This document shows, one piece after another, positions 23,527 to 35,965 of a DNA stretch of 64,000 bases. This DNA is from Narcine bancroftii. Its lineage: Eukaryota. Under the pieces are notes generated by a model. The model was not told where the DNA came from and searched no databases. It worked only from the letters and a program-made list of their open reading frames with translations. The translations under genes and the position numbers were made by a program. The stretch lies in assembly GCF_036971445.1 (NCBI RefSeq), contig NC_091474.1, forward strand, positions 127,038,001-127,102,000, written 5' to 3'. Numbering within the stretch: position 1 is the first letter of the stretch; every line of letters starts with the position of its first letter.

Positions 23527-25019
23527 TTCCTGTTTGGGTAATGAAGGACTGCTCATACCAATTGACAGAGGTCTTCACAGACATTTCAACCCCTCACTAC
23601 ACCTGTCCATTGTTCCTGCAGGGTTCAAGACAGTCACCATCATCCCAGTACCCAAGAGGGCGACAATTACAGGCCTCAATGACTACTGCCCTCCACCATT
23701 ATTAAATGCTTTGAGTATCTGGTGAGGGAATGGATGAAAGCATACCTCCCAGAGAGGCTGGCCTCAGTTCTATTTTCCTATAGAAAGAACATTTCACAGA
23801 CGATGCTATATAGCTTTGTCCCTTCACTCCATCCTGACTCACCTGGAGAACTGTGCCTCATACGCCACACTGCTGTTTATTGACTTCAGCTCTGTGTTCA
23901 TTTTAATACAATCATTCCCCAGAGGCTGGGACTGAACATTCCTCTCTGTAACTAGATTCTGGACTTCCTAATGGAAAGACCACAGTCTGCCCTGGTCAGT
24001 AGTAGAATGTCAAGCACCATCACACTGAGCACTGGCGCATCTCAGGGCTGTGTGCTCAGTCCGCTCCTGTTCACGCTACTGACCCATGACTGCATCACCA
24101 GATCCAGCTCCAACAGAGTTATCAAGTTTGCAGATAACACCATAGTGTTTGGCCCCATCAACAACAATGAGTTGCACGGGAGAGGTGGAAAAACTCGTGA
24201 AATGGTGCGGGAGTAACAACCTGAGTCTCAACGAGGACAAATCAAAGGAGATGATCGTGGACTTAAGGAGGACCACGAACGATCACCTTCCACTACGCAT
24301 CAACAGCTCTGTAGTGAATAGTGGAGAGCACCAAGTTCCTTGGAGTTCACTTAAGTTGTGACCCATTGTTGACACACATCTCACTTGTCACGAAGGCGCA
24401 ACAGCAACTGTACTTCTTGAGAAGATTGAAGTGGGCAAAGCCACTATAAAGTTAACATTCTGCAGGAGCTCCATCGATAGCATACTGGGTGGCTGCATCA
24501 TAGTGTAGTACGATTGCTGCAGAGAAATGGATCGGAGGTCAATCCACAAGACTGTAAAAGTGGCAGAGAGGGTCACTGAAGTCTCCTCGCCCCCATCGAT
24601 CTGATCTACAGGGATTGCTATCTGAAGAGGGCACATAAAATCATCCACCCTGCACAAAGCATCTTTCAGCTGCTCCTGTCGTCAAAGAGATAGAGGAGTA
24701 TCAGAGCCAGGCTGAGGAACAGCTTCTTCCCACGGGCAGGGAGAATGCTGAATGACTAACCATCTGAGACTCTCACATTCATGAGCAACATCTATTTATT
24801 TGTATAGATGGATATTTGTCCTGCATTATGTTTTGTTTGTCTGTATGTACGTGTGTTATATTTGGGTGTCTGTTTGCGTGTTTTGCACCAAGGACCGGAG
24901 AACGCTGTTTCATCAGGCTGTACTTGTGCAATCAGATCACAATAAACTTGACTTGATATTTGATTTTTCTAGCAGGACAAGATTCTTCAGCAAAATCAGC
25001 CATATTTCCTTCCACCCAC

Positions 25020-25182
25020 CTATGGTCTGCACTGGTTCCTTTATGTCAGACTGGAAATGGTTGATTCGGCCATCCTCTCCAACTGTAACAATCTCAGAAC
25101 CACTACAAACCAGGCTGGTGCAAGGGGCACTGTTGTTGGAATGATAGTGGACATGGTCCCAGTGCTGTGCGACCGAAAGTGT
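25020..25182 (-). CDS. NUP43: NUP43 exon 4
   Basis: TLSVAQHWDHVHYHSNNSAPCTSLVCSGSEIVTVGEDGRINHF...; 163 nt; acceptor ctgtAG, donor G|GTGGGT. Confidence 0.93.
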
Positions 25183-25502
25183 CTACAGGAGAGTCAAAGA
25201 AAAAGCAAACACAAAATAGGTACTCGATCAGGATTCTCAAAACAATGACGACATTGGAAGCAAAGATTAAAATAACAGAAATGATAGAGGCAATTGCTCT
25301 TTAAAGAAAAATTATCCAATTTCCTGACTGTAAAAGGATCTGGTTCTTACTTTCTTAAGCAGTTAAACCACAAAATTTCGAACAAGTTTAATACAGGATT
25401 TTTAGAAAACAACATATGAAAACACACTAAACAAGAGTATTCCTATCATATTTTATTTTGCTTTTAAATTCGCAGCACTTAAATATTATTGTAAAAACTT
25501 AC

Positions 25503-25580
25503 CTGGCTATTTGGATGATGTCGGAATATTGTTACACTGCCTGTAGATGAAGCAGTTATGATCCTCTCCTGGTCTAGAAA
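25503..25580 (-). CDS. NUP43: NUP43 exon 3
   Basis: FLDQERIITASSTGSVTIFRHHPNSQ; 78 nt; acceptor ttctAG, donor GTAAGT. Confidence 0.94.
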
Positions 25581-26110
25581 CTAGAAAGCAAATATTGCCT
25601 TTATAACTTTACTGTATTTAACTATGATTAGAAGAAAGTTGGCACAAAATTGCAGCAGCAATGGGGAAATCAGGCATTTTGTAGACAAAAATACAACTCA
25701 CTAGCACCAAATGTATAACTGAACATAAACAGGGTCACTTGCTTTGAAACATTACATCATCTGTATTAAGACTCCAGCTCAAATATTTTTTTTTTTAAAA
25801 ATAACTTCTTTGTTCAATAATGAGTTTTTAATAGTAAACCAAGAACACAAGAAATTATGAGTGGTAGGCTACCAGGCCTTCAAGTATGCTTCATCATTCA
25901 ACATGATCACTGCTGATCTACCCTGTCCTCAACTCCTCTTCTGTGCCAGTTTCCCATCACCCTCAATTCCTTGTTCTTTAAATATTTAATGTTCTCTACC
26001 TGCATTTTATTGAGAGATGTTGTAAATGGAGCCTGGTGCGAGAATCAAAAGTTAGAATAGAAGTGAGATGCACGATTTCTTGCAAACTTTGACTCCTATT
26101 TCGCAGTTAC

Positions 26111-26233
26111 CTGTAAATCCATGACATCACCATGGTGGTTTATTTCACACATGAGCTCAGGATCCTCCACAAATAATTGGTCTGATTCAATGTTATCAAT
26201 GTCATGCGTCTCCCAAAGGCACACTTTGTTCTG
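26111..26233 (-). CDS. NUP43: NUP43 exon 2
   Basis: QNKVCLW...LMCEINHHGDVMDLQ; 123 nt when the middle AG of AAG-CAG-CAG is used; donor GTAAC. Confidence 0.92.
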
Positions 26234-26949
26234 CTGCTTTGGGGAAAAAAAAGTCATCAACAAGTCTTCAAAATTAAATGATCGTACTGTTCATTAGAAG
26301 TGAACCAGCTAATAAAGTTGTGAAATAAAGAAGATGCACTGCTGGTCTTTGAGTGAGAGCAGAAAGACATGTAAACTGCAAAAAAGGCTCTCGAATCACA
26401 TGGTTACGTAGGCTTAAAAACATAAATCACATCAGTGGTACACTTTGAATGAGATGATTAATTAGTACAATGCAACATTCATGTATTTAATATGAGAGAT
26501 TGAATGTCAAAACAGGTAAATGTGCAAGGCAGAAAAGTTTAAAATGGGCACAACAGAATGACCTGCAAAATTCAAAAGATGAAGTCCAACAGTACCTTCC
26601 TCCTCAGGAATCAATCTGGTGAACATTTATAGGACCCACTTCATCCTAGCCCAGTCAACAAGCTTGAAGGCAGTTTCTTGCCCACAGTTATCAAGGACCT
26701 GAATGAACCTGACAACTTGCTGCCCTCGCTATAACAGATGTTTTCACTGCCACATTCTATTCTGCAATTATGCTCTTCTCTTACTTTGTACAGTTGTCTG
26801 CATGTTAGGAGTTAATTTGCTGGGCTGCTAACAAAAGAATCCTCACTGTTTCAAGGATTAACGTGACAATAAACTTTAACTATAGTATAAATATTTCTTT
26901 AAGGTGAGCAAATTGGCTTTGGTTAACTCCCCTTTTATGCCCAGACTCC

Positions 26950-27664
26950 CCACTTTCACACCAGGGTGCACATCCCCTTCCCGCCAGGAGGCGCACACCC
27001 CCACACTTCCCCCAGAGTAAACCCTGCTTCCTCCTGGGGTAAAACCCCTTTCCCCATTCCCCTTTCCTCTGGGGAAAACCCCTTCCCCCATTCCATCTGG
27101 GGTAAGTTACCCTATTTCCCTCTGGGTAAACCCCACCCCTTTGCCCAGGTTTAAACCCCCTACCCCCAGGATAATCCCCAACCCCTTACCCCTGGGGTAA
27201 TCACCTTCCCCTGGGGTAATCACCTTCCCCTGGGGTAATCCCCAAACCTCCCCCCCCCACCCAGGGTAAACCACCCCAACCCCTTCCACCTCCCTCCCAC
27301 TCACTCTTGGAACATACACACACCCTTTCCCTACCTTCCCAGCTGCTCTCGGTACACACAACCCTTCCCCACCCCACCTGCTTCCAGGACACATCCCCAC
27401 CTGCTCCCGGGACACACATCTCTCCCCTTCCCCCACCTGTTTCCGGGACACACACCCCTTCTCTTCCACCCCCCCCACCTGCTCCCGGGGCACACACACC
27501 CCGCCCCGCCCACCCGTTCCCGGAACACACCTACACCTCTTTCCCTCCTTGCTCCCCGTACACACCCACCCCTTCCCTCCCCATACACAAACACCCCTCC
27601 CCGCCTCCCTCCACACCCGCTCCCGGGACCTACACCTCCTTTCCTCCCTGCTCCTGGTACACAC
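26950..27664. repeat. C-rich (G-rich on the NUP43 sense strand) degenerate minisatellites in NUP43 intron 1
   Basis: Tandem ccctggggtaatcaccttc units (about 27190-27240) and ~30-35 bp units cctgctcccgg(g/t)acacac (27310-27664). Confidence 0.8.
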
Positions 27665-27775
27665 CTCCGCATCCCAGGAGCCGGTCGCGACACATTGCGG
27701 CGGCCTCAGGCTGGAGCCGGGCTCCGGCCGCCACCGGGTGCGGCTGATCTTCTGAGACACAAATCGGCCATGCAT
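27665..27775 (-). CDS. NUP43: NUP43 nucleoporin 43 (WD40, Y-complex) exon 1 with start codon; full CDS 1107 nt, 368 aa
   Basis: MHGRFVSQKISRTRWRP...ATGSWDAE; Kozak-like gcgaccATG; donor GAG|GTGTGT. All 8 exons join in frame. Confidence 0.94.
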
Positions 27776-28130
27776 GGTCGCGAGGGATGCTGGGACGGTT
27801 AATTTCCGGCCGGACGCAGCTACTTCCGGAGGGGAGATGTGCCAACCCGGAGCAGCGGACCCTGTATTCTGTGCTCCGGTTGCCCAGCTGAAGTCGCCAC
27901 GGTTAAAGGGAAGGGTGTGGATTCAACACAGGCCGTCGCACTGTAAGTGACATTCCTAAAGATCGCTGGAGCAGGGTTCGTACGCTCTTGATAACAGGCA
28001 GAGGGGAGCATTAGCTTTGACCGGCGCATCGTTCATCCTGGCGTTTGTAGGGCGACGCCGAGGGACGTGGGCGAGTGGGCTGCCCGTCACATCTGGCGTG
28101 ATGTTGTGCCCCGTCTTCCCCCTCAAGTCG
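27776..28130. promoter_or_regulatory. CpG-rich promoter, probably bidirectional (NUP43 and SHPRH)
   Basis: CpG cluster with ETS/GABPA-type ATTTCCGG (27802-27809) and ACTTCCGG (27822-27829). Candidate plus-strand donor CT|GTAAGT at 27942/27943. No other obvious CpG island precedes the SHPRH ATG exon. Confidence 0.65.
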
Positions 28131-29639
28131 ATGCCAAAGTTGTCATAGCCTCTAGAGTTTGCCTGACAGTCTTTAGCCCTCATTCAACACCAATACATTT
28201 CATGTATCCCGACATATCTCCACTTCATAAGTTCTCCAGGAATTGAAAGCACCTTATGATAGTCTGAGTTTCTCAAGGGATGCAGATTTATTCCAGATTG
28301 GTTGCAACTACTGAAATGTCAAAGATGTTAAAACAAGGATGTTCCTGATTGTGTCGATAAACGCATCATGGTAATATTCATGGAAAGACAGGGAAACTCT
28401 CATTGCCCAATCAGACACCAGCAAACTAGTCGATTTTTTTCGTTTTTGCTGATTTCAGTCTTGCAAATTGACTTTTTTTAAATCAAAGTACCAGTGATGA
28501 AGCATCATATGTATTTATTTAGCCATGAAATGTTTTGGAAAACTTCAGGAATGCAAAAGTTGGTAATATAAGATAGAATTCCTTTCTCTTACCCCAAATT
28601 ATTTTTGACTGAGTAATTGTCAGGAAATTCAGCTTGAGAGATATTAAACTGACAGTTTTGTTGTTTTCTGATTTCCTCCTCCAGCAAAATAATGAGGAAT
28701 TGGTGGTGGGAGGGGGGGTGGGGAGCTCAGCAGGTCAGGCAACATCCTTGGAGAGAAATTGACAGCCAATGTTTCAGGTCGGACCCTTGTTCAAAGATTG
28801 AAGTAGGGTGGATGAAATTGGAAAATTCAAATTTTATGCTGTTGTGTTTTAGGCCACCCGTTTACAGCACTAAAAAAGGCCATGTCGGCCCTTCAAGTCC
28901 GTACCGGTTCACTTGAACAACTCCACTAGCTCCTCCGCAAACTCCTGAGGAAGTAGAGGCTTTCTTCATGATGCCATTGGTGTGTTGGTTCCAGGAAAGA
29001 TCTTCCGAGATAGTGACTCCCAAGAACCTACATTTGCTCATCCTCTCCACCTCTGATCCCCCTCTTCTGATTCACGTGTATTCTTTCACCTACCAGTCCC
29101 TTCTCGATTACTGAGCTCACCAGTTCACTCTTCCTTCTTAATGATGATCCAAACTGTTGATTTTGGTCATCCTAAGGTTTGGGCGTCTCACCTTGTCTAG
29201 TTTCATCTGTATTTAATCTGTTCTTCACCCCCCCCATAATATTTTTCCCTTTACCATTCTCTTTACTTCTCCCACCTTCTTTTGTCCAGTAACATATTGC
29301 CTCTTGGTCCCTTCCCAGCCTTTATCCTAAACCCTTTTATGCTTTGTGTCCTCCCTTCCCATCCCAGTCTCAATAAAGAATACTGACTTGAAATGTTGGC
29401 TGACAATTTCTCTTCATGGATGCTTCTTGATCTGCTGAGTCCCTCCAACTCATCTGTTTGCCTGAGATTCCATTATCTGCAGTTCTTGAGTTTCTCTGTT
29501 TTCTTCTCCTTTCTCTCTTAAACAATCAATACTCTATTTCAAGCCAGATGTTCAACCACCGCACCTTGATGTATCATCACCATGCCCTCCATCATCAGTA
29601 TCCTTGGGCAATCGGGGTGTGGTCACCATTGACCAGAAA

Positions 29640-30130
29640 TCCAACTGAACCAGTGATATAAATAATTAGGTTCGAGGCTGGATAACTCACCTCCTGACAT
29701 CCTTGGGCTTTTCTCGTATTAGGTCCAAATCTTCATCTGTTTGTAGTGCCAACACCATCTATGACAAAGCAGCCTGCTTGAATGACACCCCATGAACCTC
29801 CCTCCATCACATTCATTCCCACCATCACACTGTGGCTACATCGTGTACCATCAACAAAATACACTGCCATTCCTTACTCAGATTATGCCAACAGCACCTC
29901 ACAGATCTGCAGTCTCTACCATCAAGAGGAATAAGGGCAGCAGGTGGATGGAAACCTTTCTGTTTGCAGTTTCCCTTCTAAGTTGCACACATCTTGATTT
30001 GAAAAAGTCTCATTTTATGTTGGGTCTAATTCCTGGTCCTCCCTGCCTGTCAGGACTTTGTGAGAGTATCATCGCCATAAGGGCAAGTTAGCTTGCCATG
30101 ATTTTCACAAGGACAATTGGAAAAAGGCCA
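29640..30130 (+). mobile_element. Old CR1/L2-type LINE 3' fragment
   Basis: Degenerate gacaaagcagcctgcttg...gtgtaccatc...cactgc LINE-like 3' region; family uncertain. Confidence 0.45.
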
Positions 30131-32106
30131 TCAATGCCCAAATTAGAAAATTAATTAATTTAAAAATTCTAATCGAAAGGTGTACGGTAATTTTTAAATT
30201 CAGTTGAAAAGACTGACATTTTTCATCTCTATTTGTTTTCTATAAATTTAATATGAGACTGATTTGTTTTCTTCAAGCTTTTTTATTTTTTTGAGTTGAT
30301 TGTTGTACATTTGCAAGTCAAATTTTCTTTTTGACTTGTGTACTTTTATTGTCATTTGAATTTTTGAATTGAAATTTAATAAAATAAAGATAATTGGAGG
30401 TAAACCTACTAATTTGTTAAAACATATTTAAAAATTAACTTTTTATTTAAACATTTATCTCTCTGCTTGCTTTAATATAAAGTTTTTATGACTATATGTT
30501 CTATGTTCATATACGTAAATACAATGTACAGATGTACTGAAATTCTTGATTGCTGCACCTGGACAGGTTGGTAGGCTGCACCAACTACAAAAATATTAAA
30601 TTACCACAATATACCAAGACATAAAAAGATAATAAATATAAAAGGATAGATAATAAATATTAACAGTTGCAGTTAGTGGTAAAAGAAGTGATGTTTCATT
30701 AGTGCCAAGAGATCTTTTGTTGGATCTGGAGTAGTTTAGGGTTAGGGTAGTATGGGGAGACTCAATAGCTTGATAGCCATTGAGGAAAAAAAAATGTTCT
30801 TGAACCAAAATATTCTGAAATTAAGGGATCTGTCCCTTTTGTCTGAAGGTAGCAGGGAGAAGAAATTATGACCAGCATAATGGTGATCATTTATAGATTG
30901 GCTGCCTTCTTGAGGCATCACCTCACATAGATGACTTCAATGGACAATTAATCCACAGATGGTTAAAATATGCTGTAAAGCCTGTGCATGATTTGAATTT
31001 CTTACTTCACACCTCTCTCCCTTCATTGTTGACGGGTGATAATACAGTCTGAATGCGATTTTTCCAGCATGTGTGAATAAGGGTTGTGGTACTACAGTCA
31101 GATGTCGATGGCCATGTTCATCATGTAACAGGATTTCTGAGATTCTTCATTTTCCTATCTGGTTTCCAAAAAAGCTGCAGATCAATTGTTTTTAATTCGG
31201 TAAGTTTAAACTATCGAAACTTACTTCTTGCTCAACTTATTAAGAACTGCTTAAAATGACAAGATTGAGCGACACAGCTTCTCAAATTATAAATTTTAAT
31301 TATTTAGTGTATAAAATTCAGCAGATTAAAAGTTATTATTTTCATATTTTTAGTTCCTTTTTTTCTAATGTGCATTTCAATGAATCTGATTAATTTTACT
31401 TCAGAGCAGGATATGATTTTGAATTAGTAAATATAAATCAGTAATACCTCAGGGAGACAAAATTATTAGAACTAGCTGCTACCTGCCTTGTAGGGTGCCT
31501 GGGGATATGGTATAACAATTTTTGCTGAGCCTCGGCTCTTCATTGCCAACACGTGATTTCGGAGCAGGACTAGGCCTTTTTGTCCGTCAAGTCTGCAGTG
31601 CCATTCCGCAGGATCATGGCTGATTTAAAACCTCAAAATATTCCTATCTACCCACAGTAACCTTACACTTGACTGTTTAGTGAGTATTGTTCTACTTAGC
31701 CCGGCTTAAAAATGCTCAAAAACTAGCTTTGTAAATAAGAATTCCAAAGATCATAACTCTGAAAGGACAAAAAATTGCAAAAAGAATTTGCCTCCATAAT
31801 TTTAAATTTTGACCACCAACCCTGCTCCTCTCCCCCAACCCCACCCCAACTTTCATCCAAACACCTAATTCAAGATTATCCCTCAGGATGAAATATTTTC
31901 TCCACATCCATCCTGTTAGGATCATTGTCTGTTTCCAATGTAATAACATTCTCCATAAATAGGGTTCCTTCATGCCCTACACAACTAAAACATAACCCTA
32001 GAGGGTTCTCCAAATGCTTCTGCATTTAAACCCACTCACAATTTATCACCTTTCCAAATTACTTTCATCTATGTTCTAGCTTTTTATAAATCACACAACA
32101 GGAAAC

Positions 32107-33000
32107 TTGTTCTCACTTTACACCTATGACTTTGTGGCTCGGTATAGTGGCTGTATAAAAAAGGTTGATGAGTCATACAGAAGGGAGATTGAAAACTTGG
32201 CTGAATGGTATTCTAGCAACAATCTTTCACTCAATGTCACTAAGACCAATGAGTTGATTATAGACTTTAGGAAAGAAAAAAAATCAGAGATATATGATCA
32301 AAGGTGGAAAGTGATCAAATTTAAATTCCTGGGAGTGAGTAGCTAGGAGGACCTTTTCTGGACCCTTCATACCAATGTTATCATGAAGAAAGCCTGTCTG
32401 TGTCTCTATTTCCTCAGGAGTTTGCAGAGGTTCGGGATTTCATCGGAAACCTTGGCATACTTCTACAGATGTGTTGTGGAAAGTGTGCTAACCAGCTGCA
32501 TCATGGCCTGTTATGAGGGTATCAATACCTCTGAGTGGAAAGCCCTGCAAAAGGTATTGGGCACAGCCTAGTACATCACAGGCAAAACTGTCCCCACCAT
32601 CGGGAACATCTACATGGAATACTGCTGTTGGAGAACAGCAGCCATCATCACCCACACCACCCAGCACACTCTCTGTTCTCACTGCTGCCATCAGGAAAGA
32701 AGTATAGGTGCCATAGGACTCGCACCAACATGTTCAGGAATAGTTGCTACCCCTCAACCATTAGACTCATGAACAACAGACTCAATCAAAGACTTGTTTA
32801 AGGGATCTTTACTTTGCTCATTATTACTTAATATTTTCTGTATTTGCAAATCAGTTTGTTTACATTTCTCTCTTTCGAATACATCTTTCTTCATGTGTAG
32901 TTTACAGATACAAATAAGTAGAAATTTTCCTGACAGGAAAAAGAATCTCAGGGATTTATGTCATGTATGTACTCTAACAATAAATTTGAACTTTGAACTC
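32107..33000 (+). mobile_element. Rex1/Babar-like LINE 3' part
   Basis: FSLYTYD...YRREIENLAEW..NNLSLNVTKT.ELIIDFRK and LYFLRSL.RFG; tail aataaatttgaactttgaact. Confidence 0.8.
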
Positions 33001-33498
33001 TGAGTTCTGGGCACAGCACCTTGAAAAGGATATACTGACAGGTGATGGAGGAATATAGGGTCTGAATATAGGGTTTTTCAATTATGAAAAAATAAGATTG
33101 TGAAAAGTCAAATGTGTCTTTGAGCTACATGAATGATATGGATAGTTTAAAAGGAAAAAGGTGGATAAAAACACAAGTAAGAATAGACGTTTTGGATCCA
33201 GAGAGATACAAGGAGGCTGGCATGTGCTGGCTGGCTTGTTTATGTTCTGCAAGTGTTGTTCGGTATTTCAAAGTATTTTCATAGTTTTGAGAGATGATCT
33301 GTGGTTTTACATAAATGTTAAGATTTTGTGGTGGTTAAATAAAATTTTTGTTAGGAAAATGTGTTAGGTATTTTACAACTATGCTGGACTTAAGATTACC
33401 AACCAGCCTTAACCAAAATGAATTGTGGGATTGAATGGCTTGCTCTTTATCTGCCTTTAAAGTAATAATGGGAAGCTTCATACATCCTTTTTACTGAG

Positions 33499-35265
33499 AA
33501 GTGCTGGAGAATTTTCACAGGTCACACGACATCTACAGGAAGCAAAGAGGTGCAGGTTGAACCTCTATTAACCTCTGTGGTCTGGCAACTCCTGTGGTCT
33601 GGCACATTTTGAATCTGCAGCCATTAGTACAAACTCCTTACAGACAGTGTGGGACTCAAACCCCAGTCCTGATTGCTGATGCTGTAAAGGTTGAATCTGC
33701 CACGATCGGGTCTGGGGTTCAAGACTCGCGCTGTCTGTAAGGAGTTTGTTCTATCAGCAGCAGATTCAACCTTTACAGCGTTAGCGATTGGGACCGGGGT
33801 TCAAGTCCTGTGCTGTCTGTAAGGAATTTCTGCTAACATCCCAATCACTGGCGCTGTAAAGGTGTTGCACTAACCACTACACTAACTGTGCCACCCACCG
33901 AATTATTTTGTGTTTTAAGCTTTGTTCTACCATTGATATGTTTACATAGGGGTTCACTATGTAAACATTTCTGTTTTCCGGCATCTTCTGTGGTCCAGCA
34001 ATGGCCAGGTCCCAACGTCACCAATTAGAGGTTCAACCTGTATAACCAACATTTCGGGCCTGAGCCCTTCATCAAGGTGTGAGCAGAAACCAGGTGGGTG
34101 CCTGAATAAAAATGTGGGGTAGGGGAAAGAGCAAGGGGAGGAGCAAAGGCCAATAGGCAAGAGGGCATAGGTTGATAAGTATGGAAGGGCAGGAGAGATA
34201 AAAGAAGTGATGGGATGGGGGGGTAGTTCTGTGAATGGGGAGCTGGAGGAAAGGAGCAGAGGGACGGGGAGAGAGAGAGGAAACTGGAGGTCAGTGTTAA
34301 TGCCATTTCATTGGAGAGCATCAAGACAGAATATTAGGTGTTGATTCTCCAAAATGTGGCAGCCTCGGCATTGCATGAGCCCATGGCAGACAAGTCAGCA
34401 TGGGAATGGGGTGTGGAATCGAAATGGTTGGCCACTGGGAATTCTGGATTATTTGCAGCAGACAGTGTGAAGGTGCTCAACGAAATAATCTCTCAGTCTG
34501 CGTCCCATCTCTCTGATGTAGGGGAGGCCACAGCAGGAGCACCAGATGCAGTAGATGACCCTTGCAGATTCACAAATGAAGTGTTGCTTCACGTAGAAGG
34601 ACTGTCTATTGTTATGAATGATGGTGAGGGAGGAGGTGTGGGTGGAAGTGGAGCATTTCCTGCAGTCATAGGTGTAGGTGCTGAGGGGACAATTTGTGGG
34701 AAGGGATGAGTGGACGAGGGAGCAGTCTCTGCAGAAAGTGGGGAAGGGAATATGTTTCTGGTGGTGGAATCCTGTTGTGGGTGACAAAAATTGCAGAAGA
34801 TAATATGTTGGATGCGGAGGCTGGTGTGGTGGTGGGTGAAGATCAGGCTAATTCTATCCTTGTTGCATTTCTTCGCATCGAACATATTTCCACTATTTCC
34901 ACCACCTACAATGTCATCCTTTTACCAGACACATCCATTTCTTTCTTTCTCTCTCTTTCGTCCCTCCATATCCTTCTGTCTCCTTTCATTCAGCTCCCCA
35001 CCTCTGCCCTTTCCATTCACAGAGCAACCCCAGCTTTTTTCACTTCTACCCTCCCACCCTTATCCACCTGTGAATTCTTGCCTATTGACCTGTGCTCCTT
35101 CCCCCTTTTTTTTATTCAGGCACTTCCCTGTTTTCTCATCATACCTTGAAGAAGGGATCTGTCTGCAAAGTTACTTCTATCCTTTTACTTCCTATAGACG
35201 CTGTGTGACCTATTGAGGTTCCCCAACACTTTTGTACATTGCACTCAATCACAGCATCTGCCGAA
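33499..35265 (-). mobile_element. Penelope-like element remnant with GIY-YIG endonuclease and inverted terminal repeats
   Basis: ORF 34449-34787 contains HFICESARVIYCIWCSCCGLPYIREMGRRLRDYFVEHL, a GIY-YIG-like motif. Terminal repeats are in opposite orientation at the two ends. Confidence 0.78.
33553..34040. mobile_element. Tigger/Tc1-mariner-type MITE nested in the Penelope terminal repeat, carrying SINE pieces
   Basis: Perfect 15-bp TIRs caggttgaacctcta / tagaggttcaacctg, followed by TA. Confidence 0.8.
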
Positions 35266-35347
35266 TTCCCTGTTTTTACAGAGAATGTTGTTCATATTTG
35301 TGTTTTTTTTTGTTACAGCTGTGAACCTGCTCTGCACTGGCAGGACA

Positions 35348-35965
35348 ATGAGCAACAGAAGAAAACGCACAACCCCTACCCGGGTAGATGAGGATGCAAA
35401 GAGAAAGCTCAGCTGGAACATGTGTGATGACTTGATCCATTTCCAACCACTTGCTGAAACGGAGAGCAACAACAATCCCTTGCCTGTAGGTTCAGATTTC
35501 CCAGAACATGAAGAGACAAGGTCTCTCCTGGTGAGCAGTTTGAAGTTGAACGAATCATCAAATGTCTCGACTGTGACTGAAATTGAGATTGAAGAGGGAC
35601 CTTTCCTGTCAAGTAGTTCTTCCCATCCCAGTATCACCATTTCCCCATGCCGTCCAAGTAAAGAGTGGCGAGCACAGCTGGGCGAGTTCACTCTTCAGCT
35701 CCCAGAAGACCAAGTGTTTCCAGATAACCTTTTGTCTCTCACCCTCTGTTTGTCAAAAACCAGCAATGATCAACAGCTGCAACTCTCAGTCAGGAAGGAG
35801 AGTAATGACTCTGAAATTGTTTGCCATGAAGAAGTGATTGGCAGTGTCAGAAGTTCGCTCAGATACGCATCACTGGAAGATGTATTGTGGCTTCAAAAGA
35901 AGAAAGTTCTTGGATTGTTCCAAATGAAAATCGAAGATTGTCAAAAATTGACTCAAATATTGAAG
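35348..35965 (+). CDS. SHPRH: SHPRH (SNF2 histone-linker PHD RING helicase, E3 ligase) first coding exon
   Basis: MSNRRKRTTPTRVDEDAKRKLSWNM...WRAQLGEFTLQL...LEDVLWLQKKK resembles the SHPRH N-terminus. Acceptor ttacAG with exon start at 35319; donor AAG|GTGAAA. Confidence 0.9.

Larger units (their letters stand above)
20960..24955 (+). mobile_element. Rex1/Babar-like LINE interrupted by a pogo transposon
   Basis: RT motifs [22 protein letters not shown]...LNDY.P, TGASQGCVLSPLLF.L.THDC and IKFADN. 3' tail aataaacttgacttga. Confidence 0.8.

Noticed and set aside
27170-27260. Short direct repeats as a CRISPR-like array
   Set aside because: The units are contiguous with no unique spacers, there are no cas genes, and the context is a eukaryotic intron.
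27107-27775. 222-aa ORF and the antisense Pro/His-rich ORFs as stand-alone genes
   Set aside because: Only the first 37 codons are NUP43. The rest is read-through into a low-complexity intronic minisatellite.
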